Source of the DNA: Macrostomum lignano
Taxonomy: Eukaryota
NCBI GenBank assembly: GCA_002269645.1
Contig: NIVC01000247.1
Span: 496,001-560,000 of the forward strand
Length of the DNA: 64,000 nucleotides
Direction: 5' to 3'
Part shown: positions 24,424 through 37,547 of the stretch, in pieces
Layout of the letters: each line of letters starts with the position of its first letter
Numbering within the stretch: position 1 is the stretch's first letter
Notes under the pieces: generated by a model
Databases searched by the model: none
What the model was told of the DNA's origin: nothing
The model's input: the letters and a program-made list of their open reading frames with translations, nothing else
Made by a program: the position numbers and the translations under genes

Positions 24424-26096
24424 ATGGCATTTGTGTTCAAATGGCAATTTTCTTGCATCTTCCCGTTGGTGATTAATGTGTTCTTCATTGTCTCCGGCAT
24501 CACAATGATGGCCTACGGCATCGCCGAAAAGATCGTGTCGAAGGAGGATGATCAGGTTGGCAGGACGCAGAATTCAACCACAGATGGAACGCTCAGTATG
24601 TCTATTGGTATCATAGATATCATTATTGGCATCATCGGCCTCGTTACCTGCTTGACTGGCCTACGATATATGCTGTTTATTGTAAGTAGCTGATGTTGTT
24701 TGTGTATGGAGTTAAAGAATGAGTAAATGAAAGCTAGAGTCCTTTTTAATTTTGAGTTAATATATATTGCATTTCTGTTGTCTTTTAGCGTGTAGGCCTT
24801 TGTCACATATCGAGTTAGGTTGCGGTTGACGGAACGGAAAAAGAACAAAAATTAGCTTTGATAGTAGCTCCTAGATTTACGGTCTTATGTCTTTCGGCAA
24901 CACTGATTTCGGTTCAGTTTTTAATTAATGATTTTCCTACTAAATCAAAACCCCTAATCTAATATCTAATTAGTACGCAGGACTACTCTGCGGCTCCCTA
25001 GTTGGCAACCTGGCTTTCCTGGTTGGTTACAGCATCTCAGTGAGCATGGATATGCAGGAAACCAAAGATTCGATAATGTCCGACGTACGGCGCAATTACG
25101 GCATAAACAGCGACCCTTGGATGCAGGCCATGTCCGAACTGCTGGACAAATTTCAACGCGAGGTGAGACGATGATGTATGCTGAAGCCTGCTAAAGTGCT
25201 GCAAGTCAGTGGCAATAAGTTTCAGGTCTCGTAAACAGGATCTTCAGGACATTAAAAAGTTCTTATCGTGATCAAGACATTTGTCTAAAACAAGCTCTCT
25301 AATCTACTTTCTCATCCAGGGCGCGTGCTGCGGCTGGTCGGGAATCGATGGCAAAAACATTTACCTAGAAACGCCCTGGTACAAATCATTCAACGTGAAC
25401 ATAAATGGCAAAAAGCGGACCCTACCGGACTCGTGCTGTCTGGTGCACAGCCCGGACTGCAACACGGCGGATGACATCAAGGCCGCTAGAGAGAAAGGAT
25501 TCGTTCACAAAGAGGTGAATTTGTCTTTTTTCTGCTCAAAAAAAGCTACAGATATCAACTTTAAGGCTGTCGGTTCACAACGTATAAAGACATTGCGAAA
25601 GTCTCTGCGCAACTTTCGACTTTTGCGAAGCGTCAGATGTTTTGCAGATTAATTGCTGCATATAATCCTGAATTCTAATAACTAACAGGACCAACACCTG
25701 TCGTAACTGTTTCCCATCATTCTTCAATGCTGCATCTTGCATCATAAAGTCTCAATTGTATATCAAGGGATTTCTACTTAACTCAATAAATCTGCACACA
25801 AATTTGATTTTCCAGGACTGCATGGACAAAGCGATTAACAACTACAAGTTCAACATGTGGATGGTTATTTCTGAAGTAATTCTATCATGCATCATGCAGG
25901 TGAGCAAATGGCTAAATATACATGTAATAATAATTAATGATGATTATTCTGTTTCTAAACCGGCATTATGCCCTGAACATTAGCGCTCACTGAATGCATA
26001 GTGAATGGGTAAAAAATTAACGATGATTTTTTTTTCTAGGGACTCGCTTTTGTGTTCTCCGTTGTGCAAATAGTGAGACCTTTCGATTCTGCCTAA
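24424..26096 (+). CDS. Tetraspanin family protein (5 exons, ~260 aa)
   Basis: Exons 24424-24681, 24974-25162, 25320-25514, 25816-25899 and 26040-26096, all with phase-0 GT-AG introns. Four hydrophobic segments; the large loop carries CCG, PDSCC and two further Cys. Confidence 0.9.
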
Positions 26097-27799
26097 GAAG
26101 AGTATAACAACCAAGCGAAGCCGATGCGGTCCGTGAGAAATTATAACGAAAAAACAGATCGCCATTAGCACAACTCACATCAGAAATGCACGTCGACATC
26201 TACAATAAGCTACTCTACGAGTAAAATGCAAGGAGTAAATTTTTCGTTGACTTGCAAAGTGAAAGTTAGAATAGTAAGCTTAGAAAAATAACGGAAAGAA
26301 ATGTTTTACTGACACATTTTCGCCTTTGTTTTAAACTCACTTTTTCATTTTTTGACGCTTATGCAGTTTTTTGTTTTGAATTTAAATTCGAATCTTATCT
26401 CAAAGTTTCATTTCGTCTGCTGTAGTTTTGCTATAATTTCAGTATGCAGTCTTTACGTACGGTTAAAATTAGCTTTCCTGTAGAACACCATGCCTTTACA
26501 CTTGTGCAGTACTCCAGTAAATTTTGAACTGCCATCCATGGAGTCTATCTTCAAATAGACAAGTCTAGCCTGAGCTTACGATATTTCTTATTTTACGAGC
26601 TAAAAAGTATCTTCTAAAAAGTATAGTTGAGAAAAAACTACTTATCTTGTTGATTAAAAGAAATTTTCGACGCATGACGACGACATACATGTACAAGCGT
26701 ACGACGTCGTTATTCGTTAGTGTAATCTAGAAGGAGATATTTGTCCGTGACCTCGTTGACTTTGAGTGGCTTGCATGTGCAGCAGTATAAAGACGGTAGA
26801 AAAAATCTGCGAAAAAAGTATAGTATAGTGCAATAAAAATGGTAATTATAGTACCAATTTTTCATAGATGTCTATTGACGTCGGGGTTACTCAGGTTACT
26901 CAAAAACTGTACATATACATGTATCCGTGGGGCACGTTACTACGTAATGCGCAGATTCTGCAGGGTTTTCAGAATTCTGACGCAAAAAACGCAAATTATA
27001 CTACTATTCGAAAATGAAGTAAGTAGTATACAAAAACGCTATCCTAAGCGTGATGTGGTAATATGTAATTGTAATAATCCATGTGCTCATATTAATTCCA
27101 TGTACATTAATCCCTATCTATCTCAAATTGTACATTAATTCCATGTACATTAATCTCTATCCCAAATTGTCTATCCCCAATTCTATATGTACACTCACAT
27201 TAATCTACAGTGTCATCCCCAGACGGTCTGAGCGCGCACCAAAATTACATGTACAATACTACATGTACGCAGAGGCGAGAATTACTAATCTCATCTACTA
27301 CCAAATGAGTCAACACACAGTGTAGCTCACAACGTAAATGTATATTTCCAATGTACATTTCTCAGACAGATTTGAATAATACTGATCGGAGTCTATATGT
27401 ACATCGATAGCCTCTATACTCATATCCGCTACATACTCCAAAAATTAGGTATGTACATTTTCACCCTCGGAGACTGTAGGTTTGAATATGCTGATAATTT
27501 ATTCGAAATCACTTATAAAATACACATACTTTCATATAGAGGCGGGCCTGTACAAACTCTCGCCAAGCAATGGGGTGGAGGTTGCGTCATTCAAGTCTCT
27601 CCCAAGTCTGCCCCCCAAATGCAGGACTGTGTTGAAGCAGTGCTTTATATTTCTATTGACGGTGGGTATGATACAAGACGCTTCGTCACGCTTTAATTAC
27701 AGTAAACCATCCCCTCGAAGCTCCTATACTGAATGCTGAATCACCCTTTAACTCGGACCATAGTCAAATTCAACCCTGTTCGAAAACAGCCACCCCTCC

Positions 27800-30700
27800 G
27801 ATGTTCACCAGACTCGTCTTCACAGCGCAGACCCCATAGCAAAATCGAGCTAAATTTTAACACTCGCCCCTGTTCTCTCTGTCCCCCTTCTAAATGCCAA
27901 GGAATTTCGACCCTCTCTCCATTTTCAGTGTACAGACAGATCTTTCCACAGCACAGACCCTATATTAAACTTCATTCAGCAAAACCCCTCTCTTCTCCGA
28001 TTACGTCATCCATGCCGCCCCAGATAGCAAGAAACCAACTTTTAATGCACACATCAACCCCCGCGAGCAAATCCGAGTCCGCCAACCTCTACCTGCATTG
28101 ACAAACCCCAGCTGCATTTGTAAATGTACACAGCCTATGAATCAGTGTCTCCACCGCATGCAATTCTGATTTACTTGATCTAAACTTTGTAAATAGTATA
28201 AGTCACCCTTGCGTTTACTAGAAGTAGTGAAGTCCACAAATTTAAATACGTGAGGCTATTCAATTCTGCCTCTCCACCTCCCCTGCCTTCTCACTTCAAG
28301 CTTTCAGACTTGGTCTTTGAGACGGTTTAATCTGTTAGAAGCAGGAATGAATCATGCACTGACCTCTCCATACAAAGTAAAGTTGGAATTTCAGACAAGA
28401 AATTTGGTTATTTTGAAAGCTAAATGACTAGAAATGCACATTTTTTCATTAAAATGCAGCTTTTCACAGTTTTTTTACGATTTTAACCTTAAAATGCAGA
28501 CTTTGTTGATCAAAATCAGTAGTTTCATCACTAGAAACCATACTTTCAACAGCTAATTTGTCCAAATATCGCTTTCAACTTGACCTTAGACTGCTTTTAA
28601 GCAGGAATGAACCCCACACAAACATCCACAAGCCAGCCCAAAATCAGCCAAAGACATGGCTATTGAAGCCTAAATTGCTAGAAATGCGCATTTTTTTTCA
28701 TAAGAAAATACAAATTTTCAAAGTTTTTTTACGATTTTAACCTTAAAATGCAGACTTTGTTGATCAAAATCAGTAGTTTCATCACTAGAAACCATACTTT
28801 CAACAGCTAATTTGTCCAAATATCGCTTTCAACTTGACCTTAGACTGCTTTTAAGCAGGAATGAACCCCACACAAACATCCACAAGCCAGCCCAAAATCA
28901 TCCAAAGACATGGCTATTGAAGCCTAAATTGCTAGAAATGCGCATTTTTTTTCATAAGAAAATACAAATTTTCACAGTTTTTATGCATTTTTACGTTAAA
29001 ATGCAGACTTTATTGATCAAAATCAGTAGTTTCATCACTAGAAACCATACTTTCAGCAACTAATTTGTCCAAATATCGCTTTCAACTTGACCTTAGACAG
29101 CTTTTAAGCAGGAATGAACCCCCCCCCCACGAACATACACAAGCTAGCCCAAAATCAGCCAAAGACATGGCTATTGAAGCCTAAATTGCTAGAAATGAGC
29201 ATTTTTTCCTAAGAAATACAAATTTTCACAGTTTTTACGCATTTTTACGTTAAAATGCAGACTTTATTGATCAAAATCAGTAGTTTCATCACTAAAAACC
29301 GCAATTTTAACACAAAATTATCACAAATGCTACTTCTGGAACTCTGAGACAGCTTTGAGCAGGAATTATAATCGCACACGGATTACCCGAGCCAGTCCAA
29401 TATTCCACTGAAGCCAGGGTTTTTTTAAAGCTGAATTGTTAGAATTGCTCATTCTTTCGTTTAATAAATGACAATTTTCACAGTTTTATTATTTTCTAAC
29501 GTTAAAATGCGAAATGTATTGGTCAAACTTAGTAGTTTCATCCCAAAAGCCATAATTTCAACCGCTAATTTGTCCAAATGCTGATTTCAAAGTTGGCAAG
29601 AGACAGCTTTCGAGCAGGAATGAGTCACACACTGATCTCCATATGCACACCCCGGCCCAAGTTGGAATTCCACCCAAGACATTTTCATTGAAAGCTAAAT
29701 TACTAGAAATTGCACATTTTCGTTTTAAAAAGGTCAATTTTCACAGTTTTTACTATTTTTAACGTTAAAATGCTGACTTTATTGAACAAAATTAATCACT
29801 TCATCAGCAGAAACCATAATTTTTACAATTTAATGCTGTTTCATCATTCAAATGTATGTATTTGGTACGTGTAATACCCCTCAAGAAGTCAGGGAAGGGA
29901 TTATTCTTGAATATAGGGTTAAAACGTAAAGTTTGCTATAAACCTAGCTATAATAATTTTAACATATACAGTCTGCGAAGCGGCCCGTTGATTTCGATTG
30001 ACATTTAAACTGTCCCTCCCATGCCAGACCTCTCTCTCTCTCCTTCTGCACCCACCGAGAAAAGTGACTCATGCGGCAATCAGCTGGACAGGTTTTATTA
30101 CTGAATTGGCAAAACAGCCAACACCCAATGGTCATATTAGACTCGTCTTCACAGCACAGACCCATGTAGAACAGAACCACTCGTCCCTGTCTCTCTGACC
30201 TTACCATTTCTAACTGTCAAGGAATTCCGACCCTCCCTCTCCAATTTCAGTGTACAAACAGATATTTTCACAGCACAGACTCATATATTGAGCCTCCTCC
30301 AACCAAAACCCTATCTTGATTACGTCATCCACCCCCCATAGAAGCAGTTAGCAAGAAACAAAATTTTTCGATGCACATATGAACACTGTGGACCATGCAA
30401 AATCGCACATCTACGGGTCGATTTTGATTGACAATTTAATACCTTTTGTTGATGCTGCTGTGTACAGTAGTCTTATTTCCGAAGCTCCTAGCAGTCATCT
30501 TTTAGATGTGGTGAATCAGTGTTGTTTTTGCCAACTTTACATCTTGATTCATCCTCCAAATTCTTCAACTCTGACCATATTCAATAATTTAACCCATGCA
30601 AGTAGATTTGCCAATTCGCCAAATTAGCCAATACGAATGGGGCCAGAGGACCCACCCAAATCGAGCCCTTGTCTCTCTCAGGCCTCTCTCTCCTACACAT

Positions 30701-31155
30701 ACCCCAGAAAAGTGACTCATGAGGCAATCAGTTTAACAGGTTCAGTATACTGAATTGGCAAAACAGCAAACACCCAATGGTCAATGGACTCGTCTTCGCA
30801 GCACAGACCATTTTGAATAAAGCCAAAACACACATACACCCCTATTCTCTGACCAAACCTTTCCATTTCTAGTTGTCAACGAAATTCGACCGGCCTCTCT
30901 CTCAATCCCAATGTACATTTTGACGAAGCAAGCAGATCTTTTCACAGCACGGACCCAGCCTCCCCCAACCAAAGCCCTATCTCTGATTACGTCATCTATA
31001 CATCCCCATAGAAGCAGTTAGCAAGAAAAAAATTTCGATGCGCATATATGAACAATGCGAACCAAGCAAATCCGCGCGTCTACCAAAGCCAACCCTACCC
31101 TGCGTGCTGTAATTGCATTTGTCAATGTACACACCCTATGAATCAGTGTCTCCTT
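27800..31155. repeat. Three diverged ~350-500-bp direct repeats (~27800-28150, ~30000-30420, ~30660-31155)
   Basis: Shared, ordered motifs: GACTCGTCTTC.CAGC.CAGACC...GAA.T.CGACC...GATTACGTCATC...TAGCAAGAAA. Confidence 0.8.
28330..29830. repeat. ~254-bp tandem repeat, about 6 copies, inside the TIR element
   Basis: Near-identical ORF translations start at 28558 and 28812; copies diverge toward both ends. Confidence 0.9.
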
Positions 31156-33930
31156 CTTTGGAACACACGAAGGCATTAGTCAGAAAGTTTGGATGCAATT
31201 AAAAACTCTCTCGATGCTTTGCGTATAAACGAGTAATCGATTGAATCAATTGTACACTTGACACATTTAATTACGTGCTGCCATGCAACGGAAAGACAGG
31301 ATAATGGGGTGGGTGGTCACGCAGCCTCATTCTCTCTTTCCTACTGATTTTTCATTATCTATCAATCTCAGCTCTTTCCGGGGGCAACTCGCGCATTTGT
31401 GCATAGTTCCTCATCAGATTTACCACATGTTCATTTACATGTGATGTACATATGCAAGCGGCAGCCGATTTAAACCTGAGAAATGGTTGAAGCACTCCCC
31501 CGACTATGACTAAATGCACGTACGTTCAGTCAAATACAGGAAAATTAGACACCCGTAGTATGAAGATGAAATCTTCACGAAAGCTTCACATGTTTATCTT
31601 TCTCTGTGGAAATGACGATAGTTTCTCAATAAAAATCTGTCATAGGCCCAATATAGCAGTTTAAATATTTTCACGAAAATGTCGCATTATTCAAAGAACT
31701 GATTTTTGCAAACTCTACTGTCAGTAGAAAGATGAGTTTTCATAGAGACATTTTGTAAAACATAGACTAAACTTTCAAATCATTCGTTTACACGACCAAC
31801 TGTCTATATTAATGGTGGGTTATTATTACTTTACAGAAAAACGCATGTCCTGTGTTACGACACTGCCTAGCAACCGTATAATTTTTGCAGGTCAAGGAGC
31901 ATTAATACATGAACTAACACTCCTATTTTACATTCATTGAGAGGCGGCGGCAGCGGGCGGAGGGTGGCCGGACCGTGACTGTGCGCAGCACAGTCCCTGT
32001 CTCTACTGCCGCCTCCGCCCGCTATTCATTTTCGAATAGTAGTATAATTTGCGTTTTTTGCGTCAGAATTCTGAAAACCCTGCAGAATCTGCGCATTACG
32101 TAGTCACGTTAAGAAGTTATGAATGTTGTACAAGTACAGGAGCACCAAAATTATAAGTGACCATGTATAAAGAATTTTAGTGGCGATTTTCAAGATAGTT
32201 AATTAAGTCGCGGTTTGTGGTGACGTTTTGGGGATAAGGGCTATCCCAGAATAAGGCCAGCAAGACAGCGCACTCGATCGTTGCCGAGAAAACCAGCGTG
32301 GACCAGGATCCATTTGAACTCCACCTGATTGCAATCCAGGATAGATTTGGAGCGGGTGGTGCCATGGCAGAGGGCCCAAGAGCTGCTTGGCTGTCGGAGT
32401 GAAAATTTTTTCCTACCGTTGAGCTGCCTTCGGCGCAGCTCTGCCGCACAGGAGCTGATGGCAAGCACCTCGCTTAGAAAAGCAGTGAAGTTAAGTCCAG
32501 TCTGCTGAGAGCATAGCTCCACACCGCTTCTTCCACGGCTGGAATCGCGTCCGTGAGGTCGATGTTGAGCCCATCATACTCAATAATCTTGAGGCAGAGG
32601 TCCGAGTGCGGGATATAAGCGAATCCCACACTTTTTTGAAGGTCATCCCAGCATCCAGAAGTCACCGGGTGCACTTCGCCGCCTCTTCTATGATGTGCAC
32701 TAGAGTAAGACATTCATGCCTTCAAAGGCAGTAGAGGGTAAGTAAGGCCAATATAGTCATGCGGCAGGCTCTGTGCTTAACTTTATAGAGAAAGTCGAGG
32801 TTACCTTTGACGCTTAGGTCGCTAGGCCACAGGAGGAAGCGCTTTAGCTTGACCGAGGGCAGGCGCAAATTAGCACCAGTCTTTCAAGGAGCTTAAGGCT
32901 TAAAGAGCTGCTGGTGAGGCTAGCTGGCTGATCGACTAAAGGCCTTCACCGGCTGGTAGTTTTTTTTCTCTTCTCTCTCGGCAAAGGGCCTCAAGCTCTG
33001 CTGGATTCCACCAGGGAGCGCGGTTTCTTTGCTTTTGTAGGCCCTCCTTAGGAAGGCAGGCCGCCAGATCATGGGCTTTGCATGTGAAGTATAAGGGAGG
33101 GGCTTCGGCTTTTGCTTGGTCGGCTGGATGCAAATTAAAGCGGATAAAACTGTGGTCCAAGAGCGATCGTCCTCGTCTCACACTTGCTAGTCCGTAAGCT
33201 GCGGCCATCGCAAGTCCGGGTCCCGGCGAAAAATTCGGCCCAGAATCGACCCAGAATTTTCTGTGCCGATTCGATGTCGAACATGCACTCAGAAATTTAG
33301 GAAATTCGATCATCGAATTTTTTTATTAATTAATATTCACTTGTACTGTATGTATTGTACCGCTGTGATACTTACTGTAATGGGCGTGATGGTGGATCGG
33401 AATGGTACACGTCGATTACAACGCCCCGTTATTAAATGTGTGGGTGCATTTCCATGTGTGGTGTTCTTGCTACCCAAATTCAGCTGGTGCGCATTCACAT
33501 CAAGTGACAATAACGCGCGTCGCAGAGGACCCAATTGGAGGGTCACCCCGCCAACTGAAAGGTTCGTGCTACCAAGCGCAGATTTATCGGAAAAGTTTAT
33601 TGATTTGAGCAACACAATGTACCCAATCGAGAGACCAGGTCTCATCAATGACGCAAAAGATATCGTGGGCGAGACTTCATGGGAGTCCGCCATTCAAAAG
33701 CAGTTACATGTACGTGCATGCTATAGTAGTAGCCAGATAGCAAATGTTTGGCTAATACATGTACTTTTATCCAGGGCTCGATCCATTTTTACGTATATGC
33801 CTCTTGCTTGAAATACCGAAGTTGAGCACAGCCATTGTCGCAGGCCATTGATTAAATTCATTTTTAATTCATTTTTGAAGTATTTTTAAGTGTAACCCAA
33901 TTCAAGGGGTCTGTATAAAAGCTGTACACA

Positions 33931-34121
33931 TTGGACACACTGGACACTTGGACACCCCTTATTCTAACAAAAGTCGAAACTTGTTGATGCTAATAATTCA
34001 AATATTGCCAAAATTAAGCGTATGCAATAATTGTAATATTAAAAATATTTACACGTTTTTATAAAGACAAAATATATAACTAATGTTAAAATAAGGGGTG
34101 TCCAATGTGTCCAGTGTCCAA
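33931..34121. mobile_element. MITE-like ~190-bp element with ~38-bp imperfect TIRs built of GGACAC units
   Basis: ttggacacactggacacttggacaccccttattctaaca versus the reverse complement of 34084-34121, ttggacactggacacattggacaccccttattttaaca. No TSD identified. Confidence 0.55.
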
Positions 34122-36059
34122 TACCAAGGACCACTAGAAGAAGAAGGACGGGACACTTCGTTTCTTGGAAAATTTATTAAAGGCTGATTTTCACGAAAAA
34201 AATGCACTACTAGCAAGATAGGAAATTTTCACTTTTTCACTTTAAAATGGTGATAGCTTTTTATTGGAAGCAGATACAAAGCTCTTCTTTTGATATAACT
34301 TATAAAACATGTTTCTACGACGGATTTTATAAATATTTTTTCATGAATCAATTGATCTTGATACATCATTAAAAAACAGTTGGCTATAATTATCTGCCCA
34401 ATTCACTGCTTATTCATTTTAGTTTTATACTTTTTATATAAAATAAGTATTTAAATATGTAGCTACCTTAGCTATACTAGATCAATCATTCATGAAAAAA
34501 TATTTATCGTCTAGCTTTACACAGACTCTAAATTTAAATTCAAGCAGGTCTGGTAATTTACGCGTAAATTTAACAAATCTTTGTGCCTATTGACTTTTTG
34601 TCGTCAATTTTAAAGTAAGAAAGACAATTTGCTAACTATAAAAGCAAAAACAAAGAAACAATAAAATTTAATACTTTTAATATTTATACTATTTTTGTGC
34701 ATTTGAATTTACACCAATTCGACAAGCACGATTAATTATAATTAGCACAAGCAGCGCGCGAACGCAACTACCGACAAATCGAGACTAACTAATATATTTA
34801 CCCCTACCTGGGTTCACCAGTTCACCTAAATTTTTTCTACAAAAATCAGACTGAAAAAGATATATATTCGATGGCGCATAAAAAGTTATACTTGCGCCTA
34901 CACTTTTAGACGCGCGTGGGCGTCGCCTTTATGGGGGGTCAACCCAAATACTGCCCTTTAAAAGCTTCAAACGGGTCGCGCAAAAGCTGTGTTATGTGTA
35001 CACTAATTACAATCTTAGACTTGTGAAAATTCTATATGCTAACATTGCTAAGATTGTCAGTAAGGGGGAAAAATATACCTGAATTTACTGGCACAATGGC
35101 CACATTCTGGACTATGGCATGGAAAAACTATGGAATTGCATAAATGCATATCCTTGAAAAGTTATAGGGCCTACCAAAAAGTACTTTCAAGGCTTATAAT
35201 ATTGCTGACTAGATAGCTATTGGCTATGCCTATTTATATTTACCTTAGGCCTAGGCCTAACAAAAGTTGCAATAAAAATGGTGAATACAAAACAAATGGT
35301 TTCTTATTCAGAAAAATCTTCAGAAAAGTATATATTATTACATAATGCTAATATGCCTATTTCTAGAAAAATGTTACTTTTTGTATCAAATAGGCCTAGC
35401 CTATGTTTTATTGCTTCATTGCTTGCTATTGTTTCCCCAAACATAGACTTATACCCATTATTTTTATAGTCAATATACTATTTGTAGAAAATAAACTAAA
35501 CAAAGCTCTTTTTTTAGTCAATAGTATATATCTGAAAATTTGGACATGCATTGGCCTTGCACACAAACCAAAAATAGATGTGCATAGTTGGGCTATAGCA
35601 TTCTTATCTATTATAAAGTATTGTGAAATAGAAAAAGATAAGAAAAAAATCTTTTTTAAACATAAATTTCTGGCTTTCTGGGTTTTAAATCTTGTAATAA
35701 GGCATTTAAATAAATCTTTGCAATTAGGCCTATCAATTTTCTTGAATAGTATTGCCAAACAGGTCCATTACATAATTCAAAAAAATTATTTATGGTCACA
35801 AAATAAAAAAGGTCATTTATTATTGCAATATTAACATAGTTTTAATAATTTGCTTCCAATAATTTTTTGGCATGCATTTGTAGTTATTCAATTTTTGTTT
35901 AGGCATACATGGTACACCTAGCATGATTTAGACTATAGAACCCTTTTGCAGCTAAGCTGCCAAGGTCTGAATTATGCCAGATGCCTCTATTTTTTCTTGT
36001 GCTATAGCCGGATCATTCTAGGTATATACCCAAACAAAAATTGAATAATTAGAAACATA

Positions 36060-37200
36060 CATGCGCAACTGCTGGCTGACCTGGCCGATCCAGCCACTGT
36101 AAATTATAGTAGACTAGGGGTAAGTTGCAAAAATGCCCACCCTAAAGAATACAGACATAGTACTAATTAGATGACAAGGCATTTAGCCTTTATAAGACAG
36201 TTATAGTTACTCTTGCCATTTACCAAAAATTGCGTTAATTTTGCTTTAGAGTTTCTTTCGTAGGTAAGTTGCATTTTTGGTCAAAAAGTAAGTCACATAG
36301 CCAGTGTAAATCAGGGGGGTTGCGCATGTATGATTACAAATGTATGCCAAAAAATTGAGTATATATGCATAGTGATACTCTCAAATCTAGGTCTGCTGTT
36401 GCAACAATAAATGACATTTTTGTGTTTTGGCAATAAACAGCTGTTTGCCTTGCATAAAAGACCCTTTTTGCTTTGGCTTATAATTTGTTAGTAATTCTTT
36501 TTTGCCCATAGGGGCCTACTAGGCTATTTATAGTAAATTGATATTTAAACATTTGTTTTGTTACAAACTTAAAAACAGGAAAGCTTGTAATTTATACTTG
36601 AAAAAATAAACTTTTTGATCTTTCTGCTACTTAACTAAAACTCTTCTGTGTGATTCTATAAAGTGTATATTAAGTGTGCATAATATATACTATTTTCTCT
36701 TGAGAAATGCGCACGAACTGTATGTATCTAACTTTTGGCATATAAGGCCAATGTATACTATAATTTTTGGGTATATACCATGTTATCCACTTTGTCTATG
36801 CACCTTGTCTATTCCCCCAGTGTTAATAAACAATGATAATCAGTAGCATAACTCTGTTACCATATACAAACCAACAAGATAGATAGACATAGATAGTGGA
36901 AATAACCTGGTTATCTCTGCCGGAAGTGCATATGCCATGGATTACATACAAAGAATTGCTTGATACAAGATGAACCATACAGAATCTCCTGAGGAGGCTC
37001 ATCTCCTTGTATCTTGTTTATCTTATCTTATTCTTGTTTATATTATACAAATGCAACTACTGGCCAACCTGGCTGACCCAGCCACTATAAATTGTGATAG
37101 ACTAGTGGTAAGTTGCAAAAATGCCTACCCAAAAGAATACAAATGTTGTAAATGACAAGGTATTTTGCCTTATTAATACAGTTATATTTGCTGTTTTATA
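36060..37200. repeat. Diverged ~140-bp direct repeat pair (36060-36200 and 37050-37190)
   Basis: Both copies carry ctggc...cctggc.ga.ccagccact.taaatt...agactag.ggtaagttgcaaaaatgcc..ccc.aaagaatac. Confidence 0.7.
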
Positions 37201-37547
37201 TACTTAGCAATTTTGAAAGTAGCCATCATTTGCAATGAGGGTGCAAGCTACACCACTAGCTTGCAATTGAGGTTGTAAAAAAATTACCCCCCCCCCAGTG
37301 CAAGGAGAAACAACTTCATTATTGTTGCCAAGAGTATATCAAATAATTTGTTGTGCACTCATCTTCCTTGTGTTAAAAACATGACCTTTCTGCTAAGGAC
37401 TTTATAAATGATATATATTGGCATAAAGATTTTGGTTTTATAGCAATACATTCTGCTTGGAAGTACCTTCTCTGTATCAGTTGATACTTCAAAAAAGTTT
37501 GTGAGTTTTTTAAATTTAATTTAGTTTATCTGCACACTTCAGTAACC

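Larger units (their letters stand above)
26939..32104. mobile_element. Non-autonomous TIR element (5.17 kb, 80-bp TIRs, 6-bp TSD CACGTT)
   Basis: 26939-27018 (ACTACGTAATGCGCAGATTCTG...GAAAATGAA) is the reverse complement of 32025-32104. CACGTT flanks both ends directly (26933-26938 and 32105-32110). No protein-like ORF lies inside. Confidence 0.8.
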
